64,000 bases of DNA from an uncultured candidatus Brocadiaceae bacterium (GTDB lineage: Bacteria > Planctomycetota > UBA11346), in contig CAZZAM010000014.1 of NCBI GenBank assembly GCA_964652775.1, positions 1,848-65,847 on the forward strand, read 5' to 3'. A model generated the notes under the pieces. The model worked only from the letters and a program-made list of their open reading frames with translations. It made no database searches and was not told the origin of the DNA. Shown here in pieces: positions 1-9,493 of the stretch (its first letter is position 1; each line of letters opens with the position of its first letter). A program made the translations under genes and the position numbers.

Positions 1-316
1 GACGGCGCGGCTTGCGCGCTGCCGTGTAGTGGTTGAGCATCGAATCAATGTTACCGGCGCTGACGCCGACGAAGAGGCGTGGCCGACCGCAGACCAGAAA
101 GTCCTCGTCGCATTGCGGTTGAGCGACGATGCCGACGCGAAACCCAGCATCGACCAACGACCGCCCGATCAGGGCGATGCCAAACGACGGATGATCGACG
201 TAGGCGTCGCCGTTGACCAGCAGGATGTCGAGTTCGTCCCAACCCCACCAATCGCGCATCTCGGCCTGCGACATCGGCAGGGGTTTGTCCGAGTCGGGGC
301 GGCGCATGGCCGGCAT
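1..316 (-). CDS. ygiQ: YgiQ-family (UPF0313) radical SAM protein, N-terminal 105 codons only; gene continues off the left edge
   Basis: Absent from the ORF track because no stop lies in the window. Reverse-strand translation from the ATG at 316 gives [105 protein letters not shown]. The block [23 protein letters not shown]...GR.L...GFRVGI.AQP...FVGV.AGN.DSM.N.YTA matches the conserved N-terminus of E. coli YgiQ as I recall it. Confidence 0.8.
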   Translation of the reverse strand, partial: MPAMRRPDSDKPLPMSQAEMRDWWGWDELDILLVNGDAYVDHPSFGIALIGRSLVDAGFRVGIVAQPQCDEDFLVCGRPRLFVGVSAGNIDSMLNHYTAARKPRR

Positions 317-426
317 GGTGGCGTTGGATGGGGGAACGGAAAGGGACGTACGCCGTAACGCAGACGGCTCTGAGGAGGTGGGTACAATTCACTTATGAAA
401 CCGCCAATCGGCACGGTCTTACCAGC

Positions 427-1434
427 ATGCACGCCCGTTCCATCCTGCTGGTTCTGTCCGTATCCATGACCGTGTGGGGAGCCGATGCGCTGCAACCAGG
501 ATGGAATCTGCTGCCTGACAGCGCCAAGCCTGGCATGCGCTGTCAATCCACCCTAACGGTTGATCCTCAGGCTAGCCGCGTGTATTTGCTGGGTGGCGAT
601 GTCCGAACAGCGCTTGCGGGCCAAGAACGACGTTCGGGCGTGTCGGCGGACCTGTGGTGCTGGTCGATTGCCGGCGGCGGCTGGAAACAAGTTGGGACTG
701 GGGCGCATCCGTCACCACGGATGAATCATGCCGCCTGCTGGGATACGCAGCGCCGCGGGCTGTGGGTATTCGGAGGATCCTATGATGCCGGCATGCTCGG
801 CGATCTGTGGTTTTATGATACGGCCACTGACGCATGGAGTGACAGGCAGGCGACGGAGGTTCGTCCCGACGCTCGCGAAGGACACATCCTGGTGCGCGAT
901 GATCGCCTCGACCGATTGATCCTGGTTGGTGGTCTGACCAGCCTAACCGACAAGCGCGCAGTCAACGACGTGTGGGCGTGGTCGTGCGCGAGCGGTGGAT
1001 GGAAGCGACTCGATGCGACCAACCAAGGCCCTGGCCCGCGCTATCAAGCTGGTGCGTGGCACGACAGCGCCAACCGTCGATTGTTGTCTGGAGGCGGGTT
1101 CACGAGTGGCGGCGAAGCCACGATGAACGCGATGTGGGCGCTAGATCTCAAGCAGATCACTTGGTCTGCCTACGCCGCGCCATTCCACGAATCACCAGCG
1201 CTGACGCTGACGCCCATTTCTGGAAATCGGTTGCTGGCCTTGGCGGGCAACAGCGAGCGCATTCAGGAAGCGCAGGGAGCGTGGAAACAACGTGCGCTGA
1301 TCACTCTGCCGCCGCGACAATTTCACGCGGCCTGCTCTGACGCGAATAACCGTGTGTGGGTCTATGGCGGCACGACCAAGGGACTCACTGATCCATGTGT
1401 CCCGGCTGGCCTGTGGGTACGCGAGAATCCTTAG
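427..1434 (+). CDS. secreted Kelch-repeat beta-propeller protein
   Basis: ORF 328..1434. Start moved to ATG 427, which opens a signal-peptide-like MHARSILLVLSVSMTVWGADA. Repeated Kelch-type blades are visible: VYLLGGD, LWVFGGSYDAGMLGDLWFYDTATDAWS, LILVGGLTS..VNDVWAWSCASGGWKRL, LLSGGGFTSGG..MNAMWALDLKQITWS, VWVYGGTTKG. Confidence 0.65.
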   Translation: MHARSILLVLSVSMTVWGADALQPGWNLLPDSAKPGMRCQSTLTVDPQASRVYLLGGDVRTALAGQERRSGVSADLWCWSIAGGGWKQVGTGAHPSPRMNHAACWDTQRRGLWVFGGSYDAGMLGDLWFYDTATDAWSDRQATEVRPDAREGHILVRDDRLDRLILVGGLTSLTDKRAVNDVWAWSCASGGWKRLDATNQGPGPRYQAGAWHDSANRRLLSGGGFTSGGEATMNAMWALDLKQITWSAYAAPFHESPALTLTPISGNRLLALAGNSERIQEAQGAWKQRALITLPPRQFHAACSDANNRVWVYGGTTKGLTDPCVPAGLWVRENP

Positions 1435-2285
1435 CGATTCAAGAGTGATCGCCACTGCGGTGGCAATCCATTACGCAGCGAATCGGGGAATCCGTCGCGC
1501 CATTTCATGTCATTGAGAACGGTGTTGAGCTCGGTGGCGGACGCGTCCATGAATTGCATGAACATCACGTAGCGCGACTGCGTGAGCGTGTTGCGCGATC
1601 CAGCGTGCAGGCACATCGGGTTAAACATCACCAGATCGCCTTCGTTGGCTGGAATCTCGACCGCTTTGGTTTTATCAACGTTGGCAATGCGTAGAATCTC
1701 TTCCTTGATTGTCTTCTGGTCGAGCATGTCGAACTGGCCGTGGTGCTGATCGGCAAGTTGCTTTGCGGCGGCATAGTGCTGATGGTGCGAGCCGGGGACA
1801 ACCATGGTCGCGCCGCCGCCGGGTTTCACCGTGCTGAGCATGTGGACCATGTGTACGTAGGTCTGCTGCGGGCGGGCCGCGTAGTGCTTGGGATGGAAGG
1901 CCATGTCGATGTGCCAGCCGCACGGGCTGGGGTCGAGGACCTTGGCGGTGTCGGTGCGCAGCAGGACCTGCTCGATCAGGCGCAGTTCGTTGGCTTGGAG
2001 AATCCTGTTGGCCAGCTCGAGGTGCTGTTCGGTAACCATCTCGGCCATGATGTCGCCGGGAATGGGATGACGAAGCGTGGAAATAACCGACTGGTGCGCG
2101 TCGACGTTTGGCGGCTTGGTGCCGATGACGGCGTCAGTGTGCTCGCGTAGGCGCCTGGTCGTCTCGCGGTCGAGGAACCCCGGCAGGATGGTGAACCCCT
2201 GCTTATCAAGCTCGGCTAGGCGGCGGTCCAGCTCGGCGGTGGGGGGGAGGGTCGGTGCACGTGGTGGAGATGCGGTGGTTAGCAT
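1431..2285 (-). CDS. phytanoyl-CoA dioxygenase (PhyH) family Fe(II)/2-oxoglutarate oxygenase
   Basis: 284-aa ORF with HIDMAFHP (His-x-Asp), MVVPGSHH and a distal His in NPMCLHAGS. Size and motif order fit the PhyH family. Its stop overlaps the stop of the convergent Kelch gene by 4 bp. Confidence 0.7.
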   Translation of the reverse strand: MLTTASPPRAPTLPPTAELDRRLAELDKQGFTILPGFLDRETTRRLREHTDAVIGTKPPNVDAHQSVISTLRHPIPGDIMAEMVTEQHLELANRILQANELRLIEQVLLRTDTAKVLDPSPCGWHIDMAFHPKHYAARPQQTYVHMVHMLSTVKPGGGATMVVPGSHHQHYAAAKQLADQHHGQFDMLDQKTIKEEILRIANVDKTKAVEIPANEGDLVMFNPMCLHAGSRNTLTQSRYVMFMQFMDASATELNTVLNDMKWRDGFPDSLRNGLPPQWRSLLNR

Positions 2286-2384
2286 GGCGCTGATGATAAT
2301 GCTGTCGTGACCACAAACGTGCAGACCTCATATGATTCTGTGCTGGAATGCTTTGTTTGACGCAGCAAACACTGCGGTTCACGA

Positions 2385-2574
2385 TTGGTCAACAGCCTAC
2401 AACGGTAGAACGCACCCACACACATGTACCCTAAGCGCCGCAGTTCGCGGTTCGCGGTTCGCGGTTGTCGCACAACGGCTTGAGTCAGATCGGTGCTGTT
2501 TACCCTGCGGGTGAACGTGTGTATATTCTGACTCTGTATGTCCTTGACCAACCGCGAACCGCGAATTGCGGCGC
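2385..2574. repeat. hairpin element A (GTTCGCG-arm family), composite
   Basis: Left arm 2435-2467 is gcgccgcag(ttcgcgg)x3ttg. Right arm 2548-2574 is ccaaccgcgaaccgcgaattgcggcgc. Its reverse complement matches 24 of 25 nt, with one fewer 7-mer unit. Segment 2385-2433 is an inverted, roughly 64%-matching copy of core segment 2503-2551. Both end in ttggtcaa/ttgaccaa. The element ends 6 nt from the GH2 stop. Confidence 0.8.
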
Positions 2575-2580
2575 CTCGGG

Positions 2581-5500
2581 TTAGCTGGCTGTTCGCACGT
2601 CAATACCCGCGAGAGCGACATGGTCTGCTCCCGGGGACAGTTCGGTCGCGGTGAAACGAATAAAACGGGCGGTCATGGTCGTGGGGAGTTCCACGACTTG
2701 CTGGGTGCCATCATCGGCGAAGCGGGCGGTCGCTGCCAAGCGCCAGGTGGCGCCGTCCTGGCTGAGGTGCATGTCGCCAGCCGCGGGCATCGCTGTTGTA
2801 CCAGTTCCCATTTCGGCTTTGAGCGAATAACGCGGTGTCAGGATGCAGGCTGTCACGGAAACCTCGGCGCCCATATCGATGGTGATGTCCTGCGGTGGAG
2901 CAGAGGTTGACTTCAGTTTGTCAAACGTTGTCCAGTAGGTGGTTGGGTCATCGTTGCAGATATTGTGCGGCAGAGCCCGTTCACGGTTATCCCAGAGGTG
3001 TCGGCTCGAGCACGACACGAAGCGCCAGGCGCGTTTGTCGGCACGGAACTCGGCATGGGCGATAGCGGCCGGCACGTCAAGCCCATCTACCGTCGCAGCA
3101 GCTCGCACCAGGCCACCCTGCGGCAATGGGAACGGCGTGACGTAGATGGGTGATGTTGGTCCGGGTTGCTGGCCATCCGTGGTGTAGCGGATGGTGAGAT
3201 TGCGATGAGCTCCGCGGATCCACACCTGACCGTCGGGCTGGCGTCCGATGACCAGTCGGGTGCGTTCGAGTTGTGGTTTCCAACGCGGCTCCATGCAGCG
3301 AAAGAACCTGTCGAGGTCGAAGGCGGCTTGCGGAGCGAAGTCTGGCGAACGGGCATAATCGAGCAGCCGATCCAGCATGGCGTCGGCTTCGGGATAACCC
3401 GATAACAGATTGAGGCCGCAGGCGAGCAGACGGCCGTTTCCGACACGCGCCTGAAAGGCGTGATATTGGAAGTTGAGCGGGTAGCCAACGACTCCAGCTT
3501 TGTATTCGAACTGCTTGCCAGCGCCCACGATCAGAGGTTCCAGACCGAGACAGGGGCTGTCTTGCTCGAGTTGTTCAGCATCGTCGATAAGTCGGAACCA
3601 GCCTTGGTCGAGTCGGCTGTCGAGTGCGAGGCCGGTGAAAGCTGCGTGCGGGACTAGGCGACTGCCAGCCTGGCTACCGACCGCTGAATAGGCCCATTCG
3701 CCGAGGGTTGTGCCAGGCTTGATTGGATCATGTCCAGGCAGCGACAGGCAAAGGACGCGCGCACCACGCTGCAGGGCCTCGGCAACGCCCGGCTCGAGCA
3801 GATTGCGAACGACGAGTAACGCCGCGGGATCGTTGGTTGTGCCATTGAAGACGCCGAGTCGTGGGTGGCGTTTCGCGAGGACAGCGTGAATGGCGGGCGA
3901 GGCGCGCACGTGATCGTCGAGACGTGATGGAACCTGGCGTGGATACAGCCACATTTTCCAGGTATTGAATACCCCGCTGTGCTGGGCGGTCACGCGCAAC
4001 TCGACTTGGCGTGCCTGCGCAACCTCGGGGATGCAGATCGCGCTATGAGCAACCATGGCGACGCTGCCGCGGCTGATGTCGAATGGTGAGGTGGCGCCAG
4101 AGGCCAGGACCGCAGGGCCGTCGCGCAGTTCCCAGCGCAACGCTTCACCGCGCCAGTCCTCGGGCAGGAAATGCGACACAGTCCATGCGACCGACAGCGT
4201 GTCGCCAGAGCGATGGATGACCGATGCCGGATCGCGGCCGAGGACGCCCGCCTGTCCGCCCGCCTGGTAGCGGCCGCAGATCACGGTGGGGCCGTTGAAG
4301 GTGGCGAAAAACTCGGGCGTACTCCATTTGATGTCCCAGAAGTTATCCAAGATGCCGCACTGACCGTTCGGCGAGAGGTCGGTCATCAACCAGAAACTAA
4401 AACCATCAGTCAGCGGATCGAGGCGCACCGCCTCAATGCATATTTTTTGCCAGACGCCCTGGAGGTAGGAACCGGCGTCGAGGCACAGTTCGGCCAAGGT
4501 CCAAGGCAGGCGCAGGGTTCCCTCGACCCGCGCTCGCTGTTCGGCTAGGCGCAGCGTTGGTGCATAACCACTGTGATATTTGCCCTCTTTGCGGGGATCT
4601 TCGTAGATCGTCAGGCTGAAGAACTCATGCCGGATGTGCGGCCATGACTTGCTCGGTAGATCTACTGCATTGGCACCATAGCCATAGGCATGGATGTCGG
4701 ACATTGCCGTCGTGATGTTCCAACCGCCATCGAGACTAATCCAGGGTCGCGACGAATCGAGTTCGTGAGCCAAGTCGCGCATGCGCGTGCCGATTGGCTG
4801 GAGCATGTTGATCTCATTGCCGCCGCTATACACACCGATTGAGACATAGCGGCGGAAATGGGTGACCAACTCATGGAGGTCGGCCTCGGGATTCAGTGGC
4901 GCGCGCGACATGTGGTTCAGTTGGTCGTTGTCAGGCTTGCAGAAGCTGCCCCAGTAGGGCAGTTCGGGTTGGAGCAGGATGCCAACCTCGTCGGCGGCCT
5001 CGAAGTATTCTGGAATCTCACAGTGCGTGTGCATGCGCGCATAGTTGAAGCCGTAGGCCTTCATCGTGCGCAAATTGCGTTTGTGAAAATCACGGTCGGT
5101 GGGCGAGCAGATGGTGTGTGGGTAGGCGTGGTCCTCGCTTCCCGCGCGGACGAAGAAGCGCTGGCCGTTGAGATACAGGTTGGGTCCACGAACCTCAAAC
5201 TTCTTAATGCCAAAGCGCTCGTTCCACGCATCGATGCAGACGCCGTTGCGGAACAGGGCGATCTCAGCCGTGTACAGGTAGGGATGCTCTGGCGACCAGG
5301 GAATGAAACCGGGAATGGGCACCAACTGATTCAGCTTGCCGTCAACGACAGCGAAGTCGGAGGTGGCCACCGTCCTACCGTCGCAGAAGGCACGCACGTT
5401 GACGCGGACCGACAGGCCGGCAGCAGGGCCGCCAAATGTGGCCTGCACGCGCGCAGCCCCAGCATCAAAGTCGCCGTCAACCCAGGCGTAGTCAACCCAT

Positions 5501-6090
5501 GCGTCATCGGTGGTTTCGAGTTCGATACTGCGGAAAATGCCACCGTAGGTGCGCGCACAGTTCGATTCACCGCGCCGGCTGGGGATGTCATTGCGTACCA
5601 CGATGGCGAGGTGTAGTGCCTCGCCGGGACGAACCAGATCAGTGATGTCGTACTTGTAGGTGCCGCAGTATGCGTGGATTTCGGCGACGAAAATGCCGTT
5701 TACGTGGACCCGCCCAACACTATTGATGCCGCCAATTTTCAGCCAGACCCGTTTGCGCAGCCACGGCGCAGGGATGTGCACACTGCGCCGATACCAAGCT
5801 GCCCCGGTGTAGACCGAGAACAGTGGCATGTTCATTTTCTCGAACACGAGATTCAAATCCTGATTGCTCATCCCAGGTTCGCCGACGCCTTGCGCTTCCC
5901 ATGCACCTGGAACGTGGATGGGCAATGACTCAGGCCAGGCCGCACCGGGCTGCTGCCAGCCATCGGTCTCACCACCGAGTTGTGGATCACGGGCAAGCAC
6001 CCACGTGCCGTCGAGGCGCATCGTCCGCCGGGTGCCTGCAGGAATGATGGGGTTGACGACGGCGGGCGTAGCGGTGCGGGGTTGGCTCAT
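2581..6090 (-). CDS. glycoside hydrolase family 2-like enzyme with C-terminal discoidin (F5/8 type C) domain
   Basis: ORF 2581..6216. TIM-barrel block KAYGFNYARMHTHCEIPEYFEAADEVGILLQPELPYWG and SGGNEI are GH2-like. The C-terminus has IRYTTDGQQPGPTSPIY (chitobiase-type module) and a discoidin-like stretch FVSCSSRH..NDDPTTYWTT..ARFIRFT. Start moved to ATG 6090 (MSQPRTATPAVV) because codons 1-42 of the ORF call read through repeat element K. The exact start is uncertain. Confidence 0.75.
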   Translation of the reverse strand: MSQPRTATPAVVNPIIPAGTRRTMRLDGTWVLARDPQLGGETDGWQQPGAAWPESLPIHVPGAWEAQGVGEPGMSNQDLNLVFEKMNMPLFSVYTGAAWYRRSVHIPAPWLRKRVWLKIGGINSVGRVHVNGIFVAEIHAYCGTYKYDITDLVRPGEALHLAIVVRNDIPSRRGESNCARTYGGIFRSIELETTDDAWVDYAWVDGDFDAGAARVQATFGGPAAGLSVRVNVRAFCDGRTVATSDFAVVDGKLNQLVPIPGFIPWSPEHPYLYTAEIALFRNGVCIDAWNERFGIKKFEVRGPNLYLNGQRFFVRAGSEDHAYPHTICSPTDRDFHKRNLRTMKAYGFNYARMHTHCEIPEYFEAADEVGILLQPELPYWGSFCKPDNDQLNHMSRAPLNPEADLHELVTHFRRYVSIGVYSGGNEINMLQPIGTRMRDLAHELDSSRPWISLDGGWNITTAMSDIHAYGYGANAVDLPSKSWPHIRHEFFSLTIYEDPRKEGKYHSGYAPTLRLAEQRARVEGTLRLPWTLAELCLDAGSYLQGVWQKICIEAVRLDPLTDGFSFWLMTDLSPNGQCGILDNFWDIKWSTPEFFATFNGPTVICGRYQAGGQAGVLGRDPASVIHRSGDTLSVAWTVSHFLPEDWRGEALRWELRDGPAVLASGATSPFDISRGSVAMVAHSAICIPEVAQARQVELRVTAQHSGVFNTWKMWLYPRQVPSRLDDHVRASPAIHAVLAKRHPRLGVFNGTTNDPAALLVVRNLLEPGVAEALQRGARVLCLSLPGHDPIKPGTTLGEWAYSAVGSQAGSRLVPHAAFTGLALDSRLDQGWFRLIDDAEQLEQDSPCLGLEPLIVGAGKQFEYKAGVVGYPLNFQYHAFQARVGNGRLLACGLNLLSGYPEADAMLDRLLDYARSPDFAPQAAFDLDRFFRCMEPRWKPQLERTRLVIGRQPDGQVWIRGAHRNLTIRYTTDGQQPGPTSPIYVTPFPLPQGGLVRAAATVDGLDVPAAIAHAEFRADKRAWRFVSCSSRHLWDNRERALPHNICNDDPTTYWTTFDKLKSTSAPPQDITIDMGAEVSVTACILTPRYSLKAEMGTGTTAMPAAGDMHLSQDGATWRLAATARFADDGTQQVVELPTTMTARFIRFTATELSPGADHVALAGIDVRTAS

Positions 6091-6189
6091 GGGGCGGATG
6101 ATGGTCGCAACAGTTGCGGTGGAATGGCTAGCTGAGCACGTTGGTGTATATTTCAGCAACGTCGAGAGTTGGTTATGCTGGGAAACGCA

Positions 6190-6290
6190 TTCGAATTCAT
6201 AGGAGACGCAAGACACAGAGGTCAGCTATGTTGAGCAGGAGCGAATCTATTCCCCGCAGGGTGATCTGTCCCTGTCTCCTAACTTCTTGG
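6190..6290. repeat. hairpin element K (GCAGAG-arm family, inverted copy of element C)
   Basis: 6190-6220, ttcgaattcataggagacgcaagacacagag, matches the reverse complement of the right arm of C, ttcgaattcacaggaggcgcagagacacagag, at 27 of 31 nt. Partner arm is 6266-6290, ctgtccctgtctcctaacttcttgg. The loop carries ccccgcaggg (ccctgcgggg on the minus strand). Confidence 0.6.
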
Positions 6291-6435
6291 AACTCCGCAT
6301 CTGCGTTTTCGCTCTGCGAAACGCGGAGCTTCAATGCTGAATGCAGCAGTCCGGACGTCCAGAAGGTTGCATGCAGGCGTTTTGCGCTTTCCCAATAATG
6401 AGGTTGGACACTAGCATGGACAATCTTGCACAAAC

Positions 6436-8517
6436 TCAGGGAGCGAGCGACAGCAAGCAGAAGCCATGGGCTGGTACGCGGCAGGGGAGCGACAGTAGGC
6501 GTGCTTCGCCATCGTTCTGCCAGGTGGGAACGAACGCGACGGTCGCGTCTCCTTCAGGTGGCAGCAGACGAACATGCTTAGCGGCGGCCAGCTCTGGAGA
6601 CAGACGCAGCACAGGGGTCAACGGGTCGAGGCCGCAGTTGAGTACACCGATGGCGGTGCCACCGTCGCGGCGGCGGCGCACCGTTACCTGAACGTTCGCG
6701 GCATCAACGGTGCACGGCAGCGGGGCGCGTCCGACCCAGGCGAGTAGGCGCTGCAATTGATAGCGGCGGGCATGGCTCCAGTGTAGTTGAAACTCACCGA
6801 ATGCAGCTTCGAGATCCCAGCCGAGTACGGCAAAGCGCCGATCTGTGGCGTCCTGCCAGCGGAGCACGGCCGGTCCGCAGGAGTTGTCAGCGGCGTCGTG
6901 GAAATCACTGACGACGATGGCGTCAGGCAGGGGTTGAACACGGTGGTAGACCGCAGGTCGCGATGACCACATCGCCACCGGTCCACCGGCGAAGGGTCCG
7001 TTCAGCGTGTCATGGAGGAAGCGCTCGACATTGGGCGCTGGTGTTAGCGCTGTGGCGGAGATGCCGCAGGCGATACCGCGGCTGCGCAGCACGTCAGCGG
7101 CGACAGCGTCAAGCACGAGCCCGCGCCCAGCCCAGGCCGTCAGTTCGGCATCGTTCGCGAGCGCGGCTTGCCGCCCAGTGAGCAGCACCGGACCCTGGTC
7201 GCAGTCGTAGGCGACCGGGATGCCCAAGCGAGCACAAAGCTGCAGTGGGGGTGGGCAATCGTGTGACGTCAGCGGCCGTTCAGTTCCGGGCGGATTGGTG
7301 AGACGGCGCATGGCGCCGAGTTTGCACGGCGCAGTCACGCCAAGGTCACGGGCGTCTTCGGGTGCGAGTTCGCAGATGGCGGCATAGCGCGTGCGCTGGT
7401 TGATCAGCGCGTCGGTGTAGCCGGTTTCGAAATGCAGCGGTGAGACATAGCTGCACGCATAACTGAGGAATCGACGCGCTCCGGCGGCAAGCAGTGCCTG
7501 ATGCCATGCGTCATAGGTGGTCACTGGGCAGCGCGTGGACAGGTGCGGGAAGGTGTCGCCCTCGCACATGTCCTCGGCGGTGGGCAGCGCGGCTTTCAGC
7601 CAGGCGCGCTGCTGACGTGTTTGCTCAACAATTCCACCGAGGCTGAAGGGGGGCTTGTGCCCACTCGACAGCCAATAGGGCGCGCCATGACCGCGAAAGA
7701 GCGGCCGCAGCGGACCGGCCATAGCTGAGAGCAGGCGCGGTAAATCGAGGTTATCCCAGCAACTATGCGTAGTGCACAAACCGAGACGAACCTGCGGTGC
7801 AACCGCGCGAATCGCCTCACCGAGAGCGCGGCCGAGGTCGATCTGGCCGTCCTCGTGCACGGACCACCACGCCGCACGCTCTGGTCCAGCTTTACCCGAC
7901 AGCGCCAGGCGTAACAGATCGCGTCGAGGTAGATCAGGCATGCCGCGCCGGCGGAACGCGGCGAGGTGCAGTGGACACATGCACCAGTTCGGATTCTGTC
8001 GGAGGAGGCGGAAGTCGTCATCAAGGATAATGAATTCAGGGCGTGCTCTCGCGATGCGCGCAAGCGCTCCGGTCAAATAGTCGCGCAGGCGCGGACACAG
8101 TGGACAGAGGCAGCTGTCGATCTCTTTGCCATCGACATCCATTTCATGTTGGAAGGGCGGTCGAACGCCAGAGGTCGAACCGTTGAATCCACCTGGATGA
8201 CCAAGGGTTTGGCCCATCCAAAAAGCGACCGGGATGCCGACCGCCGCGAATTGCGCCTGCCGCTGCGCGAGCAACTCGGCCCACAGGTCATAAAAAGCTA
8301 GATCGGGGGCGATACCGAGTAGCGCCACGTCTTGATCGGCGGCGGCTCCCAGGCGGGCGCGATAATGGCGGATCGAGTTCGCCGGGTTGGGCAGCATGGC
8401 GCTGTAGAGGATCACCCGCCCGGCACCAAGGCGCTGCATGGCGGCAACAATGTCGGGCCACGCCGCTTCGTCGTCTTGAACTAACGGCAAGGGAATGGAG
8501 AGGACAGGGGTGTTCAT
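6436..8517 (-). CDS. hypothetical protein (693 aa), possibly a TIM-barrel glycosidase-like enzyme
   Basis: Long uninterrupted ORF in the same orientation as the GH2 gene. It contains Cys clusters SCLCPLCP (CxCxxC) and WCMCPLH. I recognise no confident family motif. Its size and the CxCxxC cluster recall the zinc site reported for GH42 beta-galactosidases, but the usual GH42 N-terminal motif is absent. Confidence 0.6.
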   Translation of the reverse strand: MNTPVLSIPLPLVQDDEAAWPDIVAAMQRLGAGRVILYSAMLPNPANSIRHYRARLGAAADQDVALLGIAPDLAFYDLWAELLAQRQAQFAAVGIPVAFWMGQTLGHPGGFNGSTSGVRPPFQHEMDVDGKEIDSCLCPLCPRLRDYLTGALARIARARPEFIILDDDFRLLRQNPNWCMCPLHLAAFRRRGMPDLPRRDLLRLALSGKAGPERAAWWSVHEDGQIDLGRALGEAIRAVAPQVRLGLCTTHSCWDNLDLPRLLSAMAGPLRPLFRGHGAPYWLSSGHKPPFSLGGIVEQTRQQRAWLKAALPTAEDMCEGDTFPHLSTRCPVTTYDAWHQALLAAGARRFLSYACSYVSPLHFETGYTDALINQRTRYAAICELAPEDARDLGVTAPCKLGAMRRLTNPPGTERPLTSHDCPPPLQLCARLGIPVAYDCDQGPVLLTGRQAALANDAELTAWAGRGLVLDAVAADVLRSRGIACGISATALTPAPNVERFLHDTLNGPFAGGPVAMWSSRPAVYHRVQPLPDAIVVSDFHDAADNSCGPAVLRWQDATDRRFAVLGWDLEAAFGEFQLHWSHARRYQLQRLLAWVGRAPLPCTVDAANVQVTVRRRRDGGTAIGVLNCGLDPLTPVLRLSPELAAAKHVRLLPPEGDATVAFVPTWQNDGEARLLSLPCRVPAHGFCLLSLAP

Positions 8518-8599
8518 AGCGTGCTCCGCTGGGCGCGATGTTCGACGGTGCCGACTGCCCAGCTATGGACCGGCCTGTTGTTGTGATGTACGATCTTGC

Positions 8600-9493
8600 A
8601 TGGCCAACCCTGTCCCGCCGGGCTACCATCGTTTCGTCAACGCCCAATTTGAGCCTCCGGTAGAGATTGCCCCGGCCGTTTTGGTGGCGGTGCAACACCA
8701 GCGTGCCGCCAGTGTCCGTCCGCTGTTCCAGCGCCTGCGTGCGTCGAACTGGGTGATCAACTATGCACCCGAGACCGGCCTGCGCGTGCGCCAGGGCGAC
8801 GGGCCATGGTGGATCCGACCAGCACGACAATGTCACTGCTATGCCCCCGGAACGGTGTACTGGGAGGATTGGGAGCCGGTGGCCGGACGGCGTTTCGGCG
8901 GCAGCTATCTGATCGTGCGTGATGTTCCCGGTGGAGCATTAGAGCGACTGCTTGGCAACGCCCCCGCCCGCTTTGTCGATGATCCGCAGGGGCGCATCGA
9001 GGCCGTACTCGCAACCGCCTTCAGCGACGGAGCGCCCACGTTTTGGGAGGCGCAGGCAGCCCTCGCCACGTTGCTCAGCCTCGTCGCCGCAGCACAACCA
9101 CACGCTGATGCCCCGCACCGCCTCGATGATCGCCCGATCAAGCCGTCGCTGACCCAGCGCGTCGACACCTTGCTGCGGCGTAACCTCGCTGCTCGGCACT
9201 CGCTGGCCAGCCTTGCCAACCAACTCGGACTCAGCTCGTCGGCACTGTCTCACCGCTACGTGGCCGAGACCGGCAACACACCGATGACGCGCCTCGCTCG
9301 CCTGCGCGTCGAGTTGGCCCAGGCCCTGCTCCTCACCGGCACCACCATGGCGGACGCAGCACAGGCCGCCGGCTTCTGCGACCAATTTCACTGCTCACGC
9401 GTCTTCCGCCGCATCGTCGGCGTACCGCCGAGCACCTTCCTGAACCACCGCAGGAAGCCACGTCAGCGCAGGGGGCCAGAGTACACGTGGTGA
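8600..9493 (+). CDS. AraC-family transcriptional regulator (paralog 1)
   Basis: C-terminal AraC HTH: LANQLGLSSSALSHRYVAETGNTPMTRLARLRVELAQALL..AAQAAGFCDQFHCSRVFRRIVGVPPSTF. Start moved from 8495, which overlaps the upstream gene, to ATG 8600 (MANPVPPGYHRF). Confidence 0.8.
   Translation: MANPVPPGYHRFVNAQFEPPVEIAPAVLVAVQHQRAASVRPLFQRLRASNWVINYAPETGLRVRQGDGPWWIRPARQCHCYAPGTVYWEDWEPVAGRRFGGSYLIVRDVPGGALERLLGNAPARFVDDPQGRIEAVLATAFSDGAPTFWEAQAALATLLSLVAAAQPHADAPHRLDDRPIKPSLTQRVDTLLRRNLAARHSLASLANQLGLSSSALSHRYVAETGNTPMTRLARLRVELAQALLLTGTTMADAAQAAGFCDQFHCSRVFRRIVGVPPSTFLNHRRKPRQRRGPEYTW

Noticed and set aside
2435-2574. Conserved loop cores considered as self-cleaving ribozymes (hammerhead, twister) or known small RNAs (SRP, 6S, tmRNA, RNase P).
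   Set aside because: No CUGAUGA...GAAA hammerhead core or other signature I know is present (ctgcggatgag is not it). No tmRNA, RNase P or SRP consensus strings were seen anywhere in the window. A covariance-model scan would be needed for certainty.
6091-6216. N-terminal extensions in the ORF track: GH2 6091-6216, lactonase 26335-26442, DinB-like 51549-51668, xer 48447-48881, AraC 8495-8599, LysM protein 37772-37909.
   Set aside because: Three of the extensions (GH2, lactonase, DinB-like) read through the hairpin repeats (peptides such as SSAISAASAPLRLPW, SIPAFQHSSIP, SCVSYEFECVS). The AraC extension overlaps the neighbouring gene, and the xer and LysM-protein extensions have no motif support. 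Internal ATGs give proteins of normal family length, several with a signal peptide or an SD sequence.
6293-6328. Small hairpin ctccgc..gcgttttcgc tct gcgaaacgc ggag considered as an intrinsic terminator for the 693-aa gene.
   Set aside because: The stem is decent (about 9 bp plus 4 bp). However, on the transcribed minus strand it is followed by ttccaagaagtt, not a U-tract, and it lies 108 nt past the stop. This is not enough to call a terminator.
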